Virus record (IMG/VR): IMGVR_UViG_3300045988_012994
Coordinates: 1 to 27,164 of that record
Source of the DNA: a virus
DNA: 27,164 bases
Reading direction: 5' to 3' (one strand)
The position numbers and the translations under genes are program-made. This document shows positions 16,610-22,650 of this stretch, piece after piece. The first letter of the stretch is position 1, and every line of letters begins with the position of its first letter. The notes beneath the pieces are model-generated. The model was not told the DNA's origin and searched no databases. It was given only the letters and a program-made list of their open reading frames with translations.

Positions 16610-16729
16610 ATGAGTTATGAATTAATTAAATCGTATTATGAATTAGGCTTATTTACAAAAAGTGATTTAGAAATGTTTGCTTCTATCGGTTGGATTACAG
16701 AAACTCAGAGAAAAGAATTAATTAAATAA
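16610..16729 (+). CDS. XkdX-family small protein (39 aa)
   Basis: MSYELIKSYYELGLFTKSDLEMFASIGWITETQRKELIK fits the ~40-aa XkdX pattern (..YY..GL.T...L..FV..G.IT...Y.EI). Below the ORF-track cutoff. Confidence 0.6.
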   Translation: MSYELIKSYYELGLFTKSDLEMFASIGWITETQRKELIK

Positions 16730-16745
16730 GCTTTAAAAGCGTTTT

Positions 16746-16767
16746 AAAGGGCTTAAATGCCCTTTTT
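16746..16767 (+). terminator. Rho-independent terminator at the end of the fibre cassette
   Basis: AAAGGGC (16746-16752) / GCCCTTT (16759-16765) with a 6-nt loop, running into TTTTT (16763-16767). Confidence 0.7.
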
Positions 16768-16785
16768 CTGTAGGAGGGCATATAA

Positions 16786-17955
16786 ATGTTAAGTGAAGAA
16801 GAACAAAGGGAACAAGAACGTAAAAAAAGGCAAGAAGAAAGGAAACAAGAACGCCTACAAAAGCAGATTGAAAAAAGAAGAAAGCTTGAGGAAAGAGAAA
16901 GAAAAAGCGTTAAGCGTGCTAGTGTATTTGAATTAGGAATGATGATATTCATTTCAAATAAAATTCGTGAGGTTTTAGAGAAAAACACCGAAGAAAACGC
17001 AAAATTTAATGAGATATTGGCAAAATCACTAGTAGATTTGCGTAAATTTACAAAAAAAGAATCAAAAAGCCTAAAAAAGGATGTAATCAATGAATCAAAA
17101 AAGGATTTTGAAGAAAATAAGCAAGGAACGCTTGATTTAATCAAAGAAGCAAGTGGAAAACCTATCAAAAAGAAGCTCAAAATGGATTTACAAAATGACA
17201 CTTCAAAGCGTTGGAAGAAATATATCAAATCAAACGCAAACACGTATGCAATCGGTAAAGATAAACTACCGGTATTCTTTACAAAGGTAGTTCAAGAAGA
17301 AGTTAAAAATGTAGTAGGTGGTAAATGCACAATTGATGATTCTTGTAGAAAAGCTATTTCTAAACTAGCAGACAGTGGCGTAAAGATTGTTGAATATGAT
17401 ACAGGCGTTAAAAGAAATGTGGATGTATGGGTAAGACAACAAATGCAGTACGCAGAAAAAGAATCATCACAAGAAATTAACAATAAATGCGCTAAAGATA
17501 TGGGCGTTACTGTATTTGAGTTTGACGCTCACGCAAACGCAAGACCAAGTCATAAGAAATGGCAAGGAAAGCGATACGACACGCAAGGGAAACTATATCC
17601 TAGTTTGTATGAGTTAACGCATGGAGAAGAAAAAGATTACGGTTGTAGGCACTTTGCACAACCTGTTTGGGATGTCGATATGCCTTATGCCTACACAAAA
17701 GAGCAATTAAAGAATATTGATACAAAGCCTTTCACATTCCAAGGAAAAGAATATGAAGGATATGAAGCTAGGCAGTATCAAAGAGAACTAGAAAGAAATA
17801 TCAGAGCATTAAAAAGGGAAGTAATCTTATTAGATAATCAAGGATTAGGCAGTACAGAAGCCAAAGTCAAGTTAAAACACGCAAATGCAGTATATAAAGC
17901 TTTCAGTTCTGAAATGGGAGATAGAGTTCACAACGATAGGCTTAGAATCGGCTAA
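16786..17955 (+). CDS. Minor head (head morphogenesis) protein, SPP1 gp7 / minor capsid protein 2-like
   Basis: Size and position match. The C-terminal region FDAHANARPSHKKWQGKRYD...DYGCRHFAQPV is typical. The ~45 N-terminal residues are an unusual Lys/Glu/Arg-rich stretch. ATG follows AGGAGGG. Confidence 0.65.
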   Translation: MLSEEEQREQERKKRQEERKQERLQKQIEKRRKLEERERKSVKRASVFELGMMIFISNKIREVLEKNTEENAKFNEILAKSLVDLRKFTKKESKSLKKDVINESKKDFEENKQGTLDLIKEASGKPIKKKLKMDLQNDTSKRWKKYIKSNANTYAIGKDKLPVFFTKVVQEEVKNVVGGKCTIDDSCRKAISKLADSGVKIVEYDTGVKRNVDVWVRQQMQYAEKESSQEINNKCAKDMGVTVFEFDAHANARPSHKKWQGKRYDTQGKLYPSLYELTHGEEKDYGCRHFAQPVWDVDMPYAYTKEQLKNIDTKPFTFQGKEYEGYEARQYQRELERNIRALKREVILLDNQGLGSTEAKVKLKHANAVYKAFSSEMGDRVHNDRLRIG

Positions 17956-17958
17956 AAC

Positions 17959-17973
17959 GCTCACATTGTGAGC
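17959..17973. repeat. 15-nt palindrome GCTCACATTGTGAGC, reverse complement of the one at 6945-6959
   Basis: Exact reverse-complement match to GCTCACAATGTGAGC in the 6944-6966 terminator. It lies 4 nt after the minor head protein stop and has no T-tract on the + strand. Confidence 0.6.
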
Positions 17974-18051
17974 TATTATTCAAGCTAAAATATAGTTAGC
18001 CAAAGCCATACCGGAGAAGATTCGGTTTATAAATAACTTTAGGAGGGCAAA

Positions 18052-18636
18052 ATGAAAAATATTATTGAAATTTTAAAAGAATCAAACATTGAATTAACCA
18101 AAGAACAAGAGGAATCAATTACAAAGCTAGTAAATGATAACTACAAGACAATTGCAGAGTTCGATAAGCAGAAAGATAAGCTATCTTTAGCAGAAAACAA
18201 TGCAAAGGAAATTCAAACAAAGTTTGATAATTTCAAGAAAAGCTATGATGGGGTTGATGTAGAAGAATTGAAAAATAAAATCAATACATTGACGAATGAT
18301 ATTGATACTCAAAAGACTACATACGAAACTCAAATTAGCAAAATGAATCTTGATTCTGTATTAAGCGCAAAAGCTAAAGAATACGGATGTAAAGATTTCG
18401 AATTAGCAAAATCACAATTCAACTATGATGATTTACTAAATTCAAAAGACCAAACAAATGACATTGACAAAGCTTTCAAAACTTTGAAAGAGAATAAGCC
18501 AATCTTGTTTGAAGAAAAACAAAATGAGCCTAGTGTTAAAGGTAATATTGTTGGAAGCAGTGGGCAAGGAGATAACCCAAACGCCGAAGATTTATTGTTA
18601 CGACAGGCAATGGGCTTAACTACAGAAAAGAAATAA
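18052..18636 (+). CDS. Scaffolding protein (phage GP20-like)
   Basis: Highly helical Lys/Glu/Asp-rich 194-aa protein directly upstream of the capsid gene. Strong SD AGGAGGG. Confidence 0.7.
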   Translation: MKNIIEILKESNIELTKEQEESITKLVNDNYKTIAEFDKQKDKLSLAENNAKEIQTKFDNFKKSYDGVDVEELKNKINTLTNDIDTQKTTYETQISKMNLDSVLSAKAKEYGCKDFELAKSQFNYDDLLNSKDQTNDIDKAFKTLKENKPILFEEKQNEPSVKGNIVGSSGQGDNPNAEDLLLRQAMGLTTEKK

Positions 18637-18650
18637 GGAGGATTTAATTA

Positions 18651-19520
18651 ATACCAAATGAAATTGCATTAGCTAAAACGTATGTCTCAAATTTGGATGA
18701 GGTATATAAGTTAGCTTCAGTCACAGGTGATTTAAACGCAAGCGCTACAATGGTACGAGCAGGAGCAAACGCAAAAGAAATCATCTACCCACAAATTTCT
18801 GTTAAAGGTTTAGGAAACTACGATAGAAACAGTGGTTATACAGGTAACTCAGTTAAGTTAGAATGGAAAACTGCTACATTCGACTATGATAGAGGAACTA
18901 AAATCTCAGTTGATACACAAGATAACGCAGAATCAATGAATATTGCATTCGGCATGGCAGGAGCGGAATTAATGCGTACAAAGGTTGCACCGGAAGCAGA
19001 CGCTTACACATTCGCTAAGATTGCCGGCACAACAGGAATCACAAAGGTTTCAGAAGATTATACAGGTGCAGAAGAGTTCTTGAGTGCATTATTAACGGCT
19101 ATCACTAAAATGGATGAGGATGAAGTTCCTAGCGAACAACGTATCTTATATTCAACACCAACATTATTAAATAGCGTTAAAGCATTAGATACATACAAAT
19201 CACGTGAAGCTTTACAAGGATTTGCAAAAATTGTTCCTGTACCTTCAACACGATTCTATACAAAAATTAAATTGTTGAGTGGAAAAGATACAGAGTTAGA
19301 GGGCGGATACGAAAAGGCAGAGGATGGACACGCAATCAACTTCTTAATTGTTCACAAACCTGCCGTAATGAAATGGGATAAACACACTGTTTCAAATGTG
19401 ATTCCTGCAAGCAATAACATCGAATCAGATTCAGATGTATTGAAATATCGTAAATATGGAATCGTTGATGTATACCAAAATAAGGTAGCAGGTATTTACT
19501 TATCTGCTAGTGCTAAGTAA
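18651..19520 (+). CDS. Major capsid protein (proposed ATA start)
   Basis: Position after the scaffold, ~290 aa. ATA 18651 lies 9 nt after GGAGG (18637-18641) and is the second codon after the in-frame stop at 18645-18647. The extension PNEIALAKTYVSN completes the conserved ...Y...LDEVYK.AS.T.DL N-terminus. The track start is TTG 18693. Confidence 0.8.
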   Translation: MPNEIALAKTYVSNLDEVYKLASVTGDLNASATMVRAGANAKEIIYPQISVKGLGNYDRNSGYTGNSVKLEWKTATFDYDRGTKISVDTQDNAESMNIAFGMAGAELMRTKVAPEADAYTFAKIAGTTGITKVSEDYTGAEEFLSALLTAITKMDEDEVPSEQRILYSTPTLLNSVKALDTYKSREALQGFAKIVPVPSTRFYTKIKLLSGKDTELEGGYEKAEDGHAINFLIVHKPAVMKWDKHTVSNVIPASNNIESDSDVLKYRKYGIVDVYQNKVAGIYLSASAK

Positions 19521-19624
19521 TGGCGAAAGAAATCGGATGGGGTTATCCTTCTAAAGTTGAAAAGCCTAAAAAAGGTAAACCTAAAACAAAAAAAGAGGAA
19601 GCTAAACCTCAAAAAGAAAAATAG
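19520..19624 (+). CDS. Hypothetical Lys-rich small protein (34 aa)
   Basis: TAATG overlap with the capsid stop. Translation: MAKEIGWGYPSKVEKPKKGKPKTKKEEAKPQKEK. Confidence 0.4.
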   Translation: MAKEIGWGYPSKVEKPKKGKPKTKKEEAKPQKEK

Positions 19625-19644
19625 CATAAAAAGGGGGTTGTAAA

Positions 19645-19992
19645 ATGAACAACATTTTAGATTGGGAATATTACAATTCCCATTTTCCTAAATTTGATGA
19701 AAATCAATTCAATCAGTATTCTTACAAAGCAGAAGCAATGGTATTAAAGTATGTGAATGTTGATTCTATTAACGAACAGAACGAAAGCACTTTAAAAGAT
19801 TGTATTTGCGATGTATTAAACAATGTAATCTTTCAAGATTCAATTGATGGTGTATCAAGTATCTCAAATGGTGGATATTCCAAAAGCTTTATAAACACTT
19901 CGCACACGGATAAAAGGAACACGCTTGAGGATATTATCGCCTTTTGGTTAGGCGATACAGATTTAATGAAAGAAAGATGGATTGCATTATGA
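19645..19992 (+). CDS. Head-tail connector / head completion protein (putative)
   Basis: Position after the capsid, ~115 aa. SD AAGGGGG. Confidence 0.5.
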   Translation: MNNILDWEYYNSHFPKFDENQFNQYSYKAEAMVLKYVNVDSINEQNESTLKDCICDVLNNVIFQDSIDGVSSISNGGYSKSFINTSHTDKRNTLEDIIAFWLGDTDLMKERWIAL

Positions 19993-20408
19993 CAGGTTTC
20001 TTTGAAGATTCAATCACGCTTGTAAATCACTACTATGATACATTGACAAGAGAAGATAGGTTTCAAGCTTATATACTTGATAAATGTATGTGGAGACAAT
20101 CAACAGTTAGGACTGCAAATGGTAATATTCTGAGCATAGCCACATCCACAAATATTACCATTCTATATCGTGAGGGATATGTTGAACCTTACGCATATGC
20201 AAAACTTTCAAATGATGAGAAACAAAAGCACTTCACATTAAATACAGATAAGACAGATTTTGTATTCTTTGGAGAGGTAAAAGAAGATTTATCTAGTATT
20301 AAATCAATCAACGAAGCAAAAAAGAAATACAAATGGACAACCGTTCAAAGCGTAACAGATTGTACGAATGTCGATATGTTGAAGCATTGGGAGGTTGTCG
20401 GTCAATAG
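19989..20408 (+). CDS. Head-tail joining protein (putative)
   Basis: ATGA overlap at 19989-19992. Call based on synteny. Confidence 0.5.
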   Translation: MTGFFEDSITLVNHYYDTLTREDRFQAYILDKCMWRQSTVRTANGNILSIATSTNITILYREGYVEPYAYAKLSNDEKQKHFTLNTDKTDFVFFGEVKEDLSSIKSINEAKKKYKWTTVQSVTDCTNVDMLKHWEVVGQ

Positions 20409-20767
20409 GAATGAAAGTCAAACTTGATGTTGAATCAATTCCCCAAATTAAACAATCAAGAGGACTTGAAGAACGTGGACGAGTGCAACAAATGATTGAT
20501 TCTGAAGTTATTAGGCTTATGACCCCTTATACGCCTAGAGACACAGGAGCATTAATTAACTCGGCTACACGATTAACACAAATTGGTAGTGGATTAGTAA
20601 AACAAGGTGGACCAAGTGCACCTTATGCTAGACGGTGGTATTACAACAAAGAGAATGCTCATTTCGTTGGCGGTAAATCAGACCATTGGTTTAAAAAATC
20701 TATGCGAAATGGTGGAGCAGAGACAATCTTAAAGAAAGCGCAAAAAATGATAGGAGGTAGTGAATGA
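20405..20767 (+). CDS. HK97 gp10-like head-tail joining protein (start ATA 20405 or ATG 20411)
   Basis: MTPYTPRDTGALINSAT matches the gp10-family P.DTG.L..S motif. GGAGG at 20390-20394 is 10 nt from ATA 20405 (ATAG overlap with the upstream TAG) and 16 nt from ATG 20411. Confidence 0.6.
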   Translation: MGMKVKLDVESIPQIKQSRGLEERGRVQQMIDSEVIRLMTPYTPRDTGALINSATRLTQIGSGLVKQGGPSAPYARRWYYNKENAHFVGGKSDHWFKKSMRNGGAETILKKAQKMIGGSE

Positions 20768-21183
20768 CAGTATCAAAAGCGTTGATTCAATGGCTTTATG
20801 GCTACGGAAATATACAGATAGATGAACGTATTGAAACGGATGTTTTAGCGCAACAAGCTATCTCTTATGCGTTGTATAAAGAACCTAACGCAATTGTAAA
20901 TACATACATTGATGGTTCTCAAATGCGTACTGAATACTACACGTTTCTAGCACGTAGGAATACACAAATTGAATCAGAAAGACAAGATAACAATGTTTTT
21001 CTAGAAGAATTAGAAAAATGGATTGACGAAAAGAATTTAAGCGGAGAATCACCACAACTAGACGGAAACAGACATTGTGATGATGTTTCCGTTTCAAGTG
21101 GTTTATATCTATACACAAATGAGGATAATCAAGCAGTATATGCGTTGACTATTCAAATTAAATACAGAAAGGAGCTTAATTAA
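20764..21183 (+). CDS. Tail completion / head-tail joining protein (putative)
   Basis: ATGA overlap. SD GGAGGT. Call based on synteny. Confidence 0.5.
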   Translation: MTVSKALIQWLYGYGNIQIDERIETDVLAQQAISYALYKEPNAIVNTYIDGSQMRTEYYTFLARRNTQIESERQDNNVFLEELEKWIDEKNLSGESPQLDGNRHCDDVSVSSGLYLYTNEDNQAVYALTIQIKYRKELN

Positions 21184-21689
21184 TAGCAACTCAAGGAACT
21201 GAAGTAACTACAGGACAGACAGTCAAGAAGTATATGATTGGATTGTTCTTACAAATGGGAGAAGGTTACAAGCGAATTAAAAAGTCTACAACTTTAGATA
21301 TTTCATTCAATAGTGAAACTGAAACGTATGACTTTATCGCAGATAAGAATCCAACAGAATCATTAAAGAGTTATTCACCTCAGATTTCGCAAGATTTAAC
21401 AATGATTAAAGGCGAAGATGACTTTGAATACATTTACGAACAAATGATGAAATCCGTGCCAAACAATGAAGAAGTAAATACAAAAGCTTTACTTGTATTT
21501 ATGTTTGACGGAGACAAAACTAAAGGCTATAAAGCGTGGGAAGTTGACGCTAAATTAATTTTCGACACATTAAGTGGTGTTGATTCAAAAATCAACTTCA
21601 ACATTAACTTTGCAAGCGACATTCGTGTCGGTACTGCAAGGGTAGCAGATGGAGCAGTAACATTTACAGAAGGCACATCAGAAGTATAA
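21183..21689 (+). CDS. Major tail protein (proposed ATA start)
   Basis: Position immediately before the chaperone and TMP. ATA 21183 lies 8 nt after AAAGGAG (21168-21174) and overlaps the upstream TAA (TAATA). The first canonical start, ATG 21234, has no SD and would drop ATQGTEVTTGQTVKKY. Confidence 0.7.
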   Translation: MATQGTEVTTGQTVKKYMIGLFLQMGEGYKRIKKSTTLDISFNSETETYDFIADKNPTESLKSYSPQISQDLTMIKGEDDFEYIYEQMMKSVPNNEEVNTKALLVFMFDGDKTKGYKAWEVDAKLIFDTLSGVDSKINFNINFASDIRVGTARVADGAVTFTEGTSEV

Positions 21690-21707
21690 AGAAAGAAGAG
21701 GTAAATC

Positions 21708-22070
21708 ATGAATAAAATCACGTATGAAGGGAAACAGTATGAAATCCCACCTAAAACAATTGAGGTATTAAAAGCAGAGGACGCTTGTAACGCATTTCAC
21801 ACAACGCATGAAGAAGCATATCGAGCTAAATTCGACTATCTGAAAACAGTATTAACAGATGAACAAATTGAAAGCATGTTAGGAAGTGCAGACTTTGAAC
21901 AAGTTGATTTGATGGAAGTATTGTATATTGTCAATTTGATTGATGATGAATATTCAAAGAAAACGGTTGAACAGTTAGAAAAGAAATTAAAAACAACATT
22001 CGGAACAAATGGAATGAAGCAATTTCTTGACGCAAGCAAAACTGTTTCTAGCATTTCGGCGAAGAAATGA
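21708..22070 (+). CDS. Tail assembly chaperone (putative)
   Basis: ~120-aa acidic protein between the major tail gene and the TMP. Confidence 0.55.
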   Translation: MNKITYEGKQYEIPPKTIEVLKAEDACNAFHTTHEEAYRAKFDYLKTVLTDEQIESMLGSADFEQVDLMEVLYIVNLIDDEYSKKTVEQLEKKLKTTFGTNGMKQFLDASKTVSSISAKK

Positions 22071-22630
22071 TTGATTTACGCATAAAAGGCTTGCCAAATA
22101 GCATACAATCGCTAGATGGCGAGCCTATTTTATTAAATACAGACTTTCGATTATGGATAAGATTCTATGAAGAATTAGAGCGATTCAACAATCATGTTGT
22201 TGATGAAGTAGATTGTTCTTATTTATTTGTAGATGAACCACCTATCATAGATAAGCATATTTTAAAAGAGTTAGAGCAATTCCTATACAACCCTTCTAGT
22301 ACGCCTAGAAGTGATTCTACAGGCGTTAAGACATTAGATTATGTACAAGATGGTGAATATATTTATTCGGCTTTTATGCAACTTTACGGCATTGATTTAA
22401 CTGAATGCGATATGCACTGGCATAAGTTTCTAGCATTATCAAACAATATTGTAGGTGATTCAACTTTATGGGGATATGCAAAGAGTGTTAGAGGGTATGA
22501 AAAGCCTTCAAAGAATGATACACAGGATAAAGCATATCAAAGAGCAAAAGAAGCATGGTCTTTCCCAATCGAGTTAACAATAGAGGAACAAGAAATGAAA
22601 GATGAATTCGATTCATATTTTGATGTTTAG
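22067..22630 (+). CDS. Phage Gp15-family protein (A118-type tail module)
   Basis: LLNTDFRLWIRFYEELE and overall size match the Gp15 family found just upstream of the TMP in Listeria A118-like phages. ATGA overlap. Confidence 0.6.
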   Translation: MIDLRIKGLPNSIQSLDGEPILLNTDFRLWIRFYEELERFNNHVVDEVDCSYLFVDEPPIIDKHILKELEQFLYNPSSTPRSDSTGVKTLDYVQDGEYIYSAFMQLYGIDLTECDMHWHKFLALSNNIVGDSTLWGYAKSVRGYEKPSKNDTQDKAYQRAKEAWSFPIELTIEEQEMKDEFDSYFDV

Positions 22631-22650
22631 AAAAGGAGGTGGCAAATTGA

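Noticed and set aside
21990-22075. Programmed -1 frameshift joining the chaperone ORF (21708-22070) to the next ORF, as in gpG/gpGT.
   Set aside because: The downstream ORF has its own ATG in an ATGA overlap and looks like an independent Gp15-family protein. I saw no X_XXY_YYZ slippery heptamer near the junction.
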